Shown: piece after piece, positions 10,350 through 24,433 of the stretch
How the letters are laid out: each line of letters begins with the position of its first letter
Numbering within the stretch: position 1 is the first letter of the stretch
Source of the DNA: Lophium mytilinum
Lineage: Eukaryota
Direction: 5' to 3'
Assembly (NCBI GenBank): GCA_010093605.1
Contig: MU004189.1
Location: 1,185,834-1,249,833, forward strand
DNA: 64,000 nucleotides
Translations under genes and position numbers: made by a program
The notes under the pieces: generated by a model
Databases searched by the model: none
What the model was told of the DNA's origin: nothing
What the model saw: only the letters and a program-made list of their open reading frames with translations

Positions 10350-12760
10350 TATTCTTTTAAGCTAGATTTCTTAGAAGAAGCTAGTATATTAATTAAAGCG
10401 TCTATATAAAATATACTATAAGCGCTTAAAAAAAAAGTAAGGCTTTAGTATTTACTAGAAGAGCTCTTATCTAGTACCTATCTCTAATATAGTATACTAA
10501 TTAAATTAGAAAGATTATTAAATGCTATAGCTATTACCTCTACTAAGGTTATTAAATAGTATTATAAGGCAATTAATAGTATAGAGTAAGTATAACTATT
10601 AGTCTAGTAAGCTACTACTAATAAAGAAGTTAGGCTCTATTAGAGATAAGCTAAGGCGGCTAGTAGCTTAGAACTACTCTATCTAGCGCTAGAAATCTCT
10701 AAATACCTACCCTAGGCTCTATAGAATTATCTTAGTAAAAGTTTTAACTTTAGTACCTCTAAGAAAACTCTTACTAACTATAACTAGATAAATATAAGGC
10801 TAGAAGCTCTCTATAGTATTAATACTACTCTATACTAAAGTTAGATACTTATCTAAGAGAAAGTTAATAACTATAGCTATATTAGTATTAAGATTTCTTA
10901 GTAAAGTAGGTAATTAACTATTTAGAGGGAAATATTTACTAAATTAGGTAGCGTATATAAATACTCTAGCTTTTCTACATTTAAGAAAAATATATATAAA
11001 AAGCTATTACTTTTTTAGAAGTAATCTAAAAGGGGTACCTAGCGCACTATTACGCCTAGGCTCCTACTTTAGCACCCCTAACCTCCTCTAGCCGGCCTGT
11101 ATAATATTATAGTACTATATACTCTAGTAATAGTAAGACGCTACTCTTAGTATACTATTTTAAGTATTATTTTTTAGCGTATTAGATTAATACTAGTAAC
11201 TTAAATTATATAGTGCTAGTAGTAGGGCTTATACTATCTTAAATTATCTTAAAGAAGTAGCTAAGGCACCTAAAATAATAATAAACGCCTATAGTATAAG
11301 ACCTAGAATCTATATACTTAGAAGCCTATCTATTCTACTATACTACCTAGGTATATATATTAGTTCTAAGCGGCTGCTATATTATAGATAGTAATATACT
11401 TAGTTATAGCTAAAATAACCGGGTTGCCTAGAGAGACAGGTAGCGGGTTAACTAAATAATACTTCTATTAGTAATTATTATAAGAGGAGTATTCTAATAT
11501 ATAATTTAGACTTTAGGTACACCGCTTTAGTTCTAGAGATAGAGGTGCTAATTATTACGTTGCTAGAATCTAAGAGCGGGTTTAAGAAAAGAGATAAAAG
11601 ATATTAGCCTAATTAGCGCGGGCCTATTAGACGGCCGATAAAGCCGTTAGATAGTAAAGTATAGTAGAGTAATTCTATAAGATTTAGTAGCTAGAGAATT
11701 AACTAAAATAATAGACTCTAGCTACTAACTATATAGTATACGTGTGTAGTTTATAGATACTAGTATATTATAGAACTAGTTATTATAACTAAAAATATAT
11801 TAAGTACTATATATTAAGTATAGGGTTTTATATAAGTAAACTAGGTATACTTACCTCTTACTTATATACTAGCTTCTATTAGCTTACGTAAATATACATG
11901 CCTACTTTATAATAATCCCTTAGGCTATAATTATAACGCTTCTTTATATCCGCCGGCCTTAGTTTAGTTGGATTAATACTATATAGAGTAATTTTTCTTA
12001 AGTAGAGGGGTAGACTATAGCTCTATAAGGTCTAGTGTATATAAGAATCTTTCTAGAATATTATAGAAGTAGCCTAAGCTACTAAACTACCTCTATACTA
12101 TAAAGGAAGATTCTAATTTCCTACTAATTTAGACTAGAATTACTTATATACCTTTATTTCTAGTCTATATACTTACTATTATAGTACTTAATATCTTATA
12201 TAGAAAGTAATTAAAATTATACTACGCTAGTACTATTAAGATTTCTAGACTATATAACTAATAGTCTATACTATTAGTATTATAGTTCTTATCTTTACTA
12301 TTACCTACTTAGACACTATATTAGAACTTATTATTACTACTACTTATAATCTTCCGCAACTATATAGAGAAGTAGCTAGGCCTATAGTATTCTAGCTTTA
12401 GATATTTTTAAGTTAAGTATTTACTATATTTAGTCTTTCTATACTAAGAGTAGCATAAATATATTAGTATTATCTTCTTTTTAGAATATATAGATTTATA
12501 GACAGGTTACTAGAAAAAGACACCTACTTAGAGAATAGTAACTAATTTATTAGTATAGATATAATATATCTAGAAACTAATTATATTAATATTTTATCTA
12601 ATTAAGAGTCTCTATATAGTCTAATAAGCTCTAATTAACCGGCGCCCGGTATATATACTAAATCCGCAAGCTAAGATACTAGTATAAAGATTTAGCGTTG
12701 CATAGAAATTAAGGCTAACGGTTTACATTATAAAAATAAGAAAAGAGTATAAGTAGAAAA
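10350..12760 (+). pseudogene. RIP-degraded long cargo ORF, unidentified
   Basis: One plus-strand frame stays protein-like over ~2.4 kb when TAA/TAG are read as Gln/Trp/Arg. No motif recognised, and limits are approximate. Confidence 0.35.
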
Positions 12761-12859
12761 GTATAGACTATAGGTATACTACCCTATATATTAACTTAAA
12801 TAGTATCTTATTAGTATAGTGTTAGTATTCTTATATAAATAGTCTTAGCGCTTAGCTAT

Positions 12860-14900
12860 ATATAATCTCTAACTCTTCTAAATAGTAAAAGGTCGCGTAG
12901 GCCTTAGTAATATAGTCCCTATTAGCTTATTTTATAGTTCTATCTAAGTCTATTTACACCCCTAGGTTAACGTATTCTATCTTTAAATATCTTACTAGTA
13001 TTAGAAAGCGTTAGCCCTATCTTTCTCTAGAATGCATAATTAAGGTAAATATACACTAAGTATACTATAGTAAGAGGTATTTAGAAAGGGCCTAATAAGT
13101 AACTCTTTAGGATATCTTCTATCTATTAACTATCTATTAGCTAATAGCGCTCTATATAAAATAAATAGAATCTTACCCTACTATTATAAAAGTTATCTTT
13201 CTTAAGTTCTATCTAATTATATTTCTTAAGAATTTCCGTAAGTAAATATGCGTCTTTATTTATCTAGACTAAAGCCTAGCACTTCCCTTTATTCTTATTT
13301 AGGCCCTTAGTTCCGGCTATATCTACTAGATATATTTGCTTACCTAAGAGTATTAGCTAATAGATTAGATCCGCTCGGGATAATTACTTATTAATAATAG
13401 TAGGCTAAGTATATCTATTCTCTAATAGACTAGCAATTAGTATATTAAGACTAGCCTAGCTAGTTATAAGATATTAACTACACTTTAAGTATCCGGGTAT
13501 AAGGTCTTTAACATTTCTCCTTTAATCTATTTCTAGCAGTTCTTTAATATTACTAGACTTAGTACTATTACTAATAGTAAAGAGTATATAACCTTTTCTA
13601 TTTACCCTTATAGTACTAAATATAACTTAAGTATTAGCGTCTAAGAATATGCTCTTAGCGACTTTTCGCATAATAGAGTTAGGCTAGGAGAATATTATAT
13701 GCAACTTTCCGGCACTACTATAGCTATCTAAAATAATATAAATATTCTTAAGTTTAGAGTAAGAACTAAAGTTATTAATAAGCCTTTAAAGTCCGCGCTA
13801 TATATTAATATTTATATTCTCTATATTAAAGATATAGTTAAACTTATATAACCTTACTTTGCTAGTACCGTTTAAATTATTAAGGTTAAGCTTTTGTCTT
13901 CTGTTATTAACTATAAGAGGAAATAATAGCTAGTTGTCTAACATCTTTAATATCTAAAGCTAAACCTAAGCTCTAAGCTATAATATCTAGAGAAATAGTA
14001 CCTTATTTTAATAAATATTAAGTATAGGTATTTTACTATCTATATTCTCTCCTCTTTAAAGTTGTCTTACTATTTACCGCTCTTAATAAATTTTTAAAAT
14101 ATACTCTCTAGGGAGTTTATTTACCTTCTCTTTAAGGCGTCTATACTCTTTACTAATTATAAGGTTTTACTTTACTATATTTAACTATCGGCGTTTAAGA
14201 TAGCTATAGTACTCCTTATTAAATTTCTTTTTAGTATTAGTAGAATTTTTATACTATGCACACATTTTTATTAAAAGATTACATACCTTATTTCTTTCTT
14301 TAAGGGCTCTAATTATCTCTACCTTAGTTTTAAGCGTATTACGTTCTTTAATTACTTTATAAAGATTTTACTTAAGTATCTTTATTCTAGATTTAGATAT
14401 CTCTACTTAAGTTTAAAGGCTATCTTAGTCTATAAATATATTATAAAAAGTTTATTTAAGTTATAATACTTAAATCTTAAGAAGCTCCCGGTTTTTACTT
14501 ACTTCTTTAATTATAAGCTTATTATAATACTTAGATATCTTATAAAGCTATTACTTAAGTATCTCTACTTAGATTTAAAGGCCCTCTTAGTCTATAGATA
14601 TTTTATAAAGCTATTACTTAAGTATTTCTACTCGGGTTTAAAGGCTATCTCGATCTATAGATATCTTATAAATAATTTACTTAAGTTGCGGCACTTAGTT
14701 TTTAAGAACCTTCTAGTCTTTAGTTACATTTTAAAGGGTATAAATAAGTATATCTATTTTAATTATAAGCTTATTACAATGCTTAGATACCTTATAAAGC
14801 TTTTACTTAAGTGCCTAGATAATTACTATATAAAGACTAGAATAGTAGACACGTTTAAGAAAATTAAAAAAAGAAGTATATACTCTATATATTCTATTTA
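12860..14900 (-). pseudogene. Kinesin-like gene K1: N-terminal coiled coil and C-terminal motor (kinesin-14-like architecture), RIP-inactivated; may extend 5' to ~16100
   Basis: The minus frame reads YKFNYIF (F.FD.VF), NIYIILDSYSSAGKLHIIF at 13690-13746 (de-RIP DGYSGAGKSHTMF, P-loop), PTIINK*LSRAD near 13375-13400 (T..N..SSR, switch I), LVDIAGTK at 13306-13329 (DLAGSE, switch II), then INKD. Motif order is as in kinesins. Confidence 0.85.
14340..14820 (-). repeat. 63-bp (21-aa, three-heptad) coding tandem repeats forming the K1 stalk
   Basis: The unit GATATCTTATAAAGCTATTACTTAAGTATCTCTACT...CTATA repeats with period 63 near 14533-14660, with degenerate copies on both sides. The minus frame gives IDRDSL*TRVEILK**LYKIS (de-RIP ~DRDSLQTRVE.LEQQLHE.S). 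Confidence 0.8.
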
Positions 14901-16799
14901 AAAAGCTAGTAAACTTAAAGTTAGTATACTATTCTACTAAGTTGTGTAAGTAGATAGTAAAAGTCTATTTTAGCTAACTAAAGATAGCTAGCTAAGAATT
15001 TATAGTAAGAAGGAGGTTATCTACCTAGTTTTTATAGAGAGGATTATAGGTACTCCTAGAAAGAAATTAATAATACTAAAAAGTATATAAAACCTAGTCT
15101 TAAAGATTTTATAGTACTTAATATACTCTAGTATAAAGAAGCTAAAGAAGTTAATAAAGAGTAGAACGGAAATAATAGTAGCTACTATAAATACTAAGCT
15201 AATTAAAATAATAACCTATAGATATAGATATAAGGCAATAGCTATTAGAAATAATATAGCGGCACTAAATAACCTAGCTAGACTAGGGCGTAAATAAGCT
15301 TTATATAGAGCGCGAATAAGAGTATATTATAAGAGAGGTAAAGATAGTATTAATAGTTAGATAAAGAACTCTTAGCAGTAATTTAGCGCTAATTATTAGG
15401 CGAGGGGCTACGGTAGTAATCTTATATTAATAGTACTATATAAGCGTTCTAAGGGCAATCTTATATTAATATTTAGATAACGGCGTATTCTTAAAAATTT
15501 ATAGAGTAGTATTTAACTATAGATAAAAATACGTATTTATAATAATAGCTATAGAGATACTAGTATCTAGCCTACTAGAGTATCTAAGTAGTTTCTAGAT
15601 AGAGAGAGTATATAATTTACTATATAACTCTTTCTAGCTAAATAACTTAAGCTTAAGAATAAAGACTACTTATAGTTTTAAGTAACTTCTATATTTTCTA
15701 GAATATTTTATAGAATATTAGCTACGCTAAGATAGTTTAATAGTTTAATTATATTAAAGGTAGAGATATATACTAAGGTATCTAATTTGCGTCTAGCTAA
15801 GTAGATATAGAATTCTTTAACTTTATTAAAGGAATTCTATAATAGATAAACTTAGATTTCTTAATCTAAAACCCTCTATCGCCGTAATTACTTACTTTAC
15901 CTAGCGGAGACGGCAGGCCCGCTGTGCTTTAAAGTGGCTAACATTAATAGCTCTAGCTTAGTAGGCGGGTGTTCTATTACTATAGCTCTACTTCTTTAAA
16001 TTCCTTAGCTAATTAGTATAGCTTATCTACTCTTAAAACTTCCTTAGCTAATAATACCCTCTACTATACCTTCTACTACCCCTAAATTTCTAATAAATTA
16101 AAGAGGCCTTATATATAGTAAGAATATAGGTAAGATTAAAGCTTTAGATAAAGCTCCGGGCCGTTCTAGCTAATTAGAAGATTAGACGGGAGGGTAGTAT
16201 ATAAATACTAGCGTCTAATTTAATATTAATTTAATTTATTTAATTAAATTAGGGCGCTCCTAATTAAGTATTTAGTTTAATCTATTTTAAGAGGCCTAAC
16301 TAATTAATTAGTTAGATCCGAGCCTAGAAAGTATTAACTATTTAGATACTAAAATAAAGCGTAGTATATAATAGCTAAATTTTAGATAAACTCTAAGTTA
16401 AGAGTCTCTTAACTTAACTTAGTAAAGAAATCCACTTATTAGTAAGTATAAAGGCAGCGATACTTTCTTAAAGTAATCTATAGAGGGAAGTTAGTATAGC
16501 TTCTTATATATAGCTTTAAACTACTATTTAGCTTAACTATAGTAAGCTAATATATTACTATATTTCTAGGTAATTAATTAAGTATACTAAGTCTAGTATC
16601 TAAATAAATATAAAGAAGACTATAGTTCTATATCGGCGTGCTTCTAAAAAAGCGTTAAAAACTATAATTTTAAGTATATATTAGCAACCTAAAAAGAGGT
16701 TATTACTCTATATTTTATAAATATTTATTCTAAAAAGATACACGTACTTACTAAATCTACCTTACTATTACTATTCTAACTTCTTTCTTCTAGAACGCT

Positions 16800-19335
16800 A
16801 GCTACTATAAAAGCTTACTACTTTATGCTATATATCTATTAAGCGCCGTCTACTTAACTAACTATAGCTGCTAAGAACGCATTTAGTTTATTACTACTTA
16901 TAGCGGTAACCTCTACTAGATTATTTATAGACTGCAATATATATATAATACAGTTAAACTTCTAACCTATATAATAGATCTACTTAATTCCCTAGAGGTA
17001 TATACTATATAAAAACTGCGGCTTAAGTATTATTATTTATTAAGCTTAATAAAGAGTATATCTAACGCCTAGAATACTAATAGTACTAATTAGAATTATT
17101 AGTATAAAGCTTTCCTTATATTTAATATTTCTAGAGGGATTACATACTATAGCACTATTAGCGAGGTAATATTATTCCTTCTAGAATCTACTAACTATAG
17201 CCTTTCTCTCTACGCTATTTAGCTAAGATCTAAATAATTAAATCTTCTATTATAGACACGTAATTCTTAGCTACTTATAAAGTAACAGCGCTGCTACTAG
17301 TAGAGATATTAAGATAATAAGCTATTAGATATAATCTTTAAGCTTATCTAGCACTTCTATAGAGAGGGTAGCAGCCTTTTAACTCTATTACTTAGTAGTA
17401 GATATAGTATTCTCTTTATCTATCTCTTTTATAATGCCTAATATCTTATTAGTTTTTAGGCTTAATAATATAATCTAGCTAGTAAATCTCTAAAAAGGGA
17501 AATTAGAGTCTAGTAGATACTAGCGTTTCTCTTAAATTACCTCTATAGTAAGACTATACTCTAAAAGACTATCTTATACTAGTTATCTAAGGGCTAGAAA
17601 GGTAAAGACTAGGCGCTATTAGTAGGCTAGGCTCGCAAATTTTCCCTAAGAATAGCTTAGTAGGTCCCCTTTTTTACCTTACTACTTTTATTACCTTAAA
17701 CTTTCTAAATAATCTATTTATACCTGCGCTATTATATAGCTAATATCTACTTAAACTTTCTAGAGATCTCTTAAGTCTAAATAGCAGTTTTAAATCTACT
17801 TATTTAGCTAAGAAAGCAGTATTAGGGGCTTCTATTTAGGTTTACTACTTATCTAGAAATTTAATGTATCTATAGTCTAATAAATTATAAGATAGCTAAG
17901 GACTTTAGCCTATTACTCTACTTAGACACTAACCTAATTCTTAAAGACCTAGTAAGCTTATTTTAATTCTAAGCTATTTCTATATTATATAAGAATCTAG
18001 TTAAATATTACCTAAATTTTATATAGAATATTACTTTTATATATATTCTATACTCTCTTTATCTTCTTAGGCACTAACCCTCTTTATGCCTTAAGATTCT
18101 ATTACTTTTTAAGAAATTTAAGAAACTTAACTATATTACAGGAACTCTAATTCTAAGGTGTTTCTAATAATACCTATATAATAGGCTGTATAGATAGGTT
18201 AATATAGGCTTCTCTTAGTATATACTAGAAGAGATTTAATATAGATAACTTCTCTTTATAGGCTTTATTAATTCTAATAATCCTAAACTAAATATAGATA
18301 CCCGCGATATCTTAAAGCTTATATATTCTAGATAGTAGCTTTCTTTAATATAACTTATCTAGGATATAATATTTTAATAAGAGAGGAGTTATTATAATAA
18401 TATTTCTTAACTGCCCCGGCTTTAGACTGTATATTCTAATATAGATACTAGATTACCCGTTAACCCTAGAATTATGTATACATAGTTAGAACCGGCTCTT
18501 CTTAATACTATTAATTAAACTGCTTATATTATAATAACTAATATAGAGATTTATACTACTAGGCCCGGCCTACTAATTATTAAAGATGTTGTTAAACTCT
18601 CTAATCTAATTACTCCTTAGTAACGGCGGAATAATAATTAGTAAATTCCCGAGTATTAGCTAAATCTTTATAGAAATGCTGTGCCGCTCGCATATACATT
18701 ATAAGGGATATTAAGTAGTATTACTGCTTAGGTATTAAAGGTGTAGGTCGGCACCTTTATAGAGATACTTTTTATTATTTATTAGGCTATTAGCTTATAG
18801 ACTTCTAGGTATAGACCGGGACCTTTTAACTTTAGTATAATATTCTTCTAACACTGTAACTACCTAGTATATAACTAGTATCTCTATTATCTTTCTAAGC
18901 CTCTATTTATCTCTATTAAATCCGCCTTATATAGTACTATACTAAAGTAACATCTATATAACTATAAGTACTTAGTAGGTATATAGCTATTATTTTAGCC
19001 CTATTATTAAAGACTTCTTAATACTCTTATCTAGAGGTAGCTTAAATAGCGCGTAAGCTTTTACTAAGAGGTCCTCTATTATATACTTAGTTATACTAGC
19101 TTATATAGTCTTCTCTTAGATTACCTTACTTATATTAACTTTCTTAGCCTCTATATATTTAATTTCCAGCTTACTATATTATATATCTATAGTTAGAATC
19201 TTTTACAGTCTAATATCCTTATATTAATTACTATATTAGTATAATACTAGGCTTTATTTACATTATAATAGTAAAGTTTATAGATCTAAGATTTAAGTAT
19301 ACTAGAAAGTATATTATAGTACTAAACTTAAAGTA
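16800..19335 (-). pseudogene. SNF2-family (SF2) helicase/ATPase, RIP-inactivated; the 5' part probably continues past the N-gap
   Basis: Minus strand, in order: LYTY*V..V.*ML (Q motif); GGFNRDK*RLRKI at 18888-18926 (GG...DE.GLGKT, motif I); LLIIIPPLLRSN*IREF (motif Ia); IIRINKAY ending at 18258 (DEAH); ILISTISILGVRYTL (motif V); LKPQF......*GIK*IYYIG* near 16960-17025 (Q..R.HR.GQ, motif VI). Confidence 0.85.
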
Positions 19336-19345
19336 NNNNNNNNNN
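19336..19345. other. Assembly gap (10 N); the true element length is therefore uncertain
   Basis: Run of N. Confidence 1.
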
Positions 19346-22300
19346 GTATATACTACCTGCATTTATATTCTTAAATATCTTTACCTATATTATTATCTTT
19401 ACCTATATCTCTATCTATATCTTTATCTATATCTTTATCTAGGTTTAGGTCTAGGTTTAAATCTAGATCTAAGTTCTAGTCTAGAAATAGGTGGATAAAT
19501 ATATAGTAAATTTACCGCCCTAGCTCTATTACTCTATAGTTATTAGCTCTTTACTAAAGGTAAAGACTACGCAGATATATAATAGCTTAATCGCGTAGAC
19601 TACCTTTAAATATAAACTAATTCTAAAGCCTATACTATACCTATTAGTTAGTTAATTATTTAAGTTTTCTATTTAAGTCTCTTACTAGTGTTTAGATAGT
19701 TGCTTTACTAAGAAAAAGAAACATCTATCGCTAAACTTAATAGCAAGATTAGCTAATCTTTTCCCTATTAAGAACTATTTCTAAATATTAGTTATAAGTT
19801 CTCTATAAGATACCCCTATTTCTATCTATATATTCTTATTAAACTTTAATTTAATATAGATTTAAATGTTAGCTATTAAGCGTTCCTAAATCTATAGAAA
19901 CTCGCGATATATAATATCCTATATTAATATTATTATAAAAATCTATTAAATATATAGGCCCTAGCTCCGCGCTATTATATCTCTTATAAATAGATAAGCC
20001 GGAAGGATAATATTATCCCTATTACTATTACTTGCTAATAAGAATATATTCTAGGTATTTAGAAAGATCTATTTATAAAAGTTAGCGGCGTTAGATAAGC
20101 TTCTTCTTTTGCGCTAGGTAAACTTATTAAAGACTATTAGCTAGAGTAGCTCTTTTAAACTAGTAAATAGTTTCTATACATCTATTTTATTGCTATTACT
20201 TAAACTAGGTCTAATAGATTTAAAGATATCTTAGTTATAGCGTTCTTAGGCTCTTTTTCTTAGTTATCTAACTATCCTACTTTAGGCTGCGCGTTTCCGG
20301 GTTATAGGTGCAAATATATTACTTATAGAGCGTAGTATCTTCTTATAGGTTAGCGTTATTTCATCTAGAGGGAACTAGAGAAATGTATTAAGCCTCTTAT
20401 TCTTAATTTAATCTAAAAGATCTAAAAGTTCTCTAAAGATAAACTTATTCTAAGATTTATTCTTAGATATTTAAAGATAGGGGTAGCAAGTAGAGAGTAT
20501 ATACTTTTTAGACTACTAATAGCTAAAGTTATACGCGACTACTATTATAGTAAGAAGAAGCAGAATCTTGCATATAAATATAGTTTAATCCTTATTACCC
20601 CTATTAACCTAATAGTATAATATCTTCTACTTTATATTAAAATAGGGACGCTTTTATATAAGCTTTATACTTTAACTAGATTAGTTTCTACTAGTTTTAT
20701 TTTATATTACCGCTAGAACGCTAAAAAGAAAAGGGAGGAAAATTAAAACCTAAGACACGCACTAAAGAATATATAAAAGAAAGTAAAATAGTTCTATATA
20801 ATTATAGTTAGGCCTAAATATATATAGTACTTATATAGAGTATAGTAGATTAGAAGCCTAGTAAGAATATATATATATATAGATCTTGCTTTTACCTAAG
20901 AAGAAATAGTACTACTACTAAAATAATAGCATCTTCTACTAAGAGTAAGATCTAGATTAGCACAAGCCCGCGCTTACCTCCCGAGACTAACTTAGTAACT
21001 CTTACTTTTTTCTTTAATAGCTAATAGAGACTATATCTTTTTACTCTTACCTTCTTAGAGACTCTAAGAATATATTTCTTTTTCTTCTATATAGAATTAC
21101 TCTTATTTATATTATTATAGTTATAGAGAGTTCCTAATTATACCTTAGACTTATTTTAGTTATTACTATTACTATTAAGGTCTAATATAGCTAGCCGTTG
21201 ACTCTAGAATAAGGGGTTAAAATAAGGTTAAATTAGCGTAATAGTTAGAATATTCTAAAAGCCCAACCTACTAGTAATAACTAGGCAACCTTAAAGATAT
21301 TTTCCCTTAAGGCTTTATATAGAAAGTAGTATTAATATAAAAAAACTACTAAAGCCGCGCTTAACTATCCCTACCTCTATTATTACGCTAATTATCTCTA
21401 TTAGGGTTAGTACTAACCTGCTCTATCCTTGCAACGCCAGTACGCTTCTTAATAATTAATCGTTAATTAAATAAGAAGGCTAGTTACTTACCGCGTTTAT
21501 ATACCTAATTATAGCTAAGTCCTTTAAATATATATATTATTATAGTAATAGTAGAGCTAATCTATCTATAAGAAGTTTATTAAGAAGGTAAAGGCTATTA
21601 TATAATTATACTTAGAGATAGGCGCGGATAATAGTTAGAAGCTATAATTCTAAACTATAGCGCTTAAATATAATAGAACTCCTTAAAAAGGTAAGTAAAA
21701 CTATTCTACTACTAGTATTAATATAAGAGATAAGAACCTACTTAAGAAGTTATACTATCTTTCTAGTTTATAAAAGTTCCCCTTATAAGAAGCGTTGCCG
21801 GGAAATAGAAGCCTATCTAAGTAGAGATCCCTAAACTCTATACCTAAATAATATTAGTTAGTAGATACTTTTTAAATCTAGGCGGCTATAGAGTTATTTA
21901 AAAAACTATCTAGATAGTTCTTTATAGGTATAAGTATCTATACTCCCTACTATTATATTTATATACCCTCTAGTTCTAGTAACTATATACCCCCTATCTT
22001 ATCTAGTCTTCTAACTAGCTAAAATAGCTTAAAGCTTTATCTAGAGCTCTATTCTTGCGTATATTTATACTATATATAGGCTGTATATAAGAAGTCTCTC
22101 TAATTTAAAGTACCTTCTTTCTAATTACTATAGTTATATCTACACTATTATATTACTATCTACTATACTTACGTGTCTCTAAGTATACTAAACTATTAAA
22201 ACTTTACCTTATAACGGCTCCTCTATATTAAGTAGCGCCCCCCTCTAGCGCCGCCTAATATATATATCTAGCAGCCGGCTATAGTTCTTATAGAGTAAAG

Positions 22301-23755
22301 AATAAAAATTAGTATATAATTACTTATATTATATATATATATACGGCCGCGTTTAGAGAAAGAATTTAGAGTTAGTAGGTAAGTTTAGTAAGTAAATTAG
22401 AGGCGCCGGCTAGAACTCTAAGCTAATTAGAAGATTAGATAAGAGGGGGGTTACTTACGCCCTTATCTATTATACTAAGGTATAAGAAAATTGCGCCTCT
22501 TCTAGGTATTAGTACTATAGCGTAAAACTAAATTACTACCTAAATAGTTTTTACTATAATAGAATATAGTAGGTGTATACTTCTCTTTAAAAAATAATAA
22601 GTATTATAAAATTACATTACTACCTAAGTATTATTTTATTACGGGAGGTTATAATTTAGATATATTTTAGTTTAAATTTTCTATAATCTAGAGTTATACT
22701 TCTACCTCTTTACTTATAAAGTTTTCTATATACTAGATACTATCTTCTCTAAAATTATATAAACGCTACCCTTAGCACGCTAGTAGATCCCCTTAACCTA
22801 TAATATATAGTAGGCCTAGAATTAGCTTTTCTAGGTAGTAATAGCTACTAACTAACCTATATATTAGCTTAATAGGGATAAACTAATATACTTAATTATA
22901 TAAGGTTAAAATAGCGTACTAAGAGTAATATTTATATAATCTTAGATAAGACTATAACTATAGAATTCTCCGCGGAGATATTATTATAATATAATAGTAA
23001 ACTTATTACTATATTAGTTTATATTTACTATTTAACCCTACCTAGCGCGAATCTACCTATAGAATAGAATATTTAGGGAAAGTCTAAAAAGAGCTATAAT
23101 TTAAGGGAGTACTACTTATAAACCCCCTTTTATCTATCTTTTAAGTAGCTAGAATAGCTTAAAGCTTCGCCCGGGGCTCTAGTCTTAGGTATATCTATAT
23201 ACTATACTATATATAATACTATATATAATACTATATATAATACTATATATAAGGTAAAACTATATAGCCTCTCTATTTTATTATATATTCTTTTTAATTT
23301 CTATAGCTATATATACGCTATTATATTACTACTAATATACCTATATACCTAAGAGTATACTAAAATAGTTAAAACCTTAGCTTACTACTACTTCTTTATA
23401 TTAAGCCTAGCTCTATTCTATTATAGTATATACTTCTATTACTATCTATACCTCTACTACTATCTATACCCTTATCTTTACCTAATATATATACCCCTTA
23501 AGTAAATATAAAGGTAAAGCTTCTTATAGCTAAGCCTCTCTATCTAGCTATATAATAATTAGAGAGAGTATTTAGAATTAGTTACTAACTTAAGTAAGTA
23601 AATTAGAGGCTTTAGAGCAGTAATCTAAGCTAATTAAAAGGTAGTAAAGAGTATTAGAGGGGGGGCATAGTATATAAAGTAAAAAGAGGGTATATAATTA
23701 TCCCCACCTATAGAAAGTAGATAAGGTTTCTTATTATTAATAAAATTTTAAGAAG

Positions 23756-24433
23756 AAGCTTACTTATTACCCCCTCTTTCTCTATATATTACCCCCCTAT
23801 TCTCTATATATTACCCCCCCTCCTTTTAACTAGCTCTAGGCCCGTATTAATATTATTCCTCTAATTAAACTTACTTATCTAACTTTATAGAAGGCTGCGT
23901 AAAATAGTAAGTATATATTATAAAATAGAAAGGCTGCAGTATACTAGCTATTAGAAGTCTATTTACTCTATCTATTATAGCTAGTCTAGAATTAGACTTC
24001 TTTAAACGGTTTAGGCGCTTTCTATTAGCTGGAATATACTCTCCTGCGCACTCGCATTAAACTATTACCTTGCGCACCTAAGGGGGGCTCTACTTATCTA
24101 TTTTTTTATTATATTTAATAATTATATAGCCCTTATATTTTACCTATATATTAATAGACTTTATACCTTTATTAATAAAGTTATAGCGGCCCTAGGGGGG
24201 CGGCTAGAGGGGCATAGTAGTAAAGTAATAATATAGAGAAAGTAGTATTAATATATTAAGAGAGAGAGTATATAGCTACTTATAAATTTAAATTAAGTAT
24301 AAGCGGGTAAGTAAGTAAGTTTAATTAGTAGAATAATATTAATACGGGCCCGGAGCTAGTTAAAAGGAGGGGGGGTAATATATAGAGTATAGGGGGGTAA
24401 TATATAGAGAAAGGGGGGGTAATAAGTAAGCTT
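23756..24433. repeat. Long inverted repeat (~122-bp arms, ~435-bp spacer), foldback/MITE-like
   Basis: 23756-23877 (AAGCTTACTTATTACCCCC...GGCCCGTATTAATATTATTC..CTAATTAAACTTACTTA) is the reverse complement of 24312-24433 with few mismatches. Each arm contains ~22-bp internal repeats TATTACCCCCC...CTCTATA. Confidence 0.85.

Noticed and set aside
14340..14820. CRISPR-like repeat array
   Set aside because: Eukaryotic context with contiguous 63-bp units and no unique spacers. It is explained as a 21-aa coiled-coil repeat.
14686..14901. 71-aa plus-strand ORF from the ORF track
   Set aside because: It is the antisense shadow of the coiled-coil region of kinesin relic K1.
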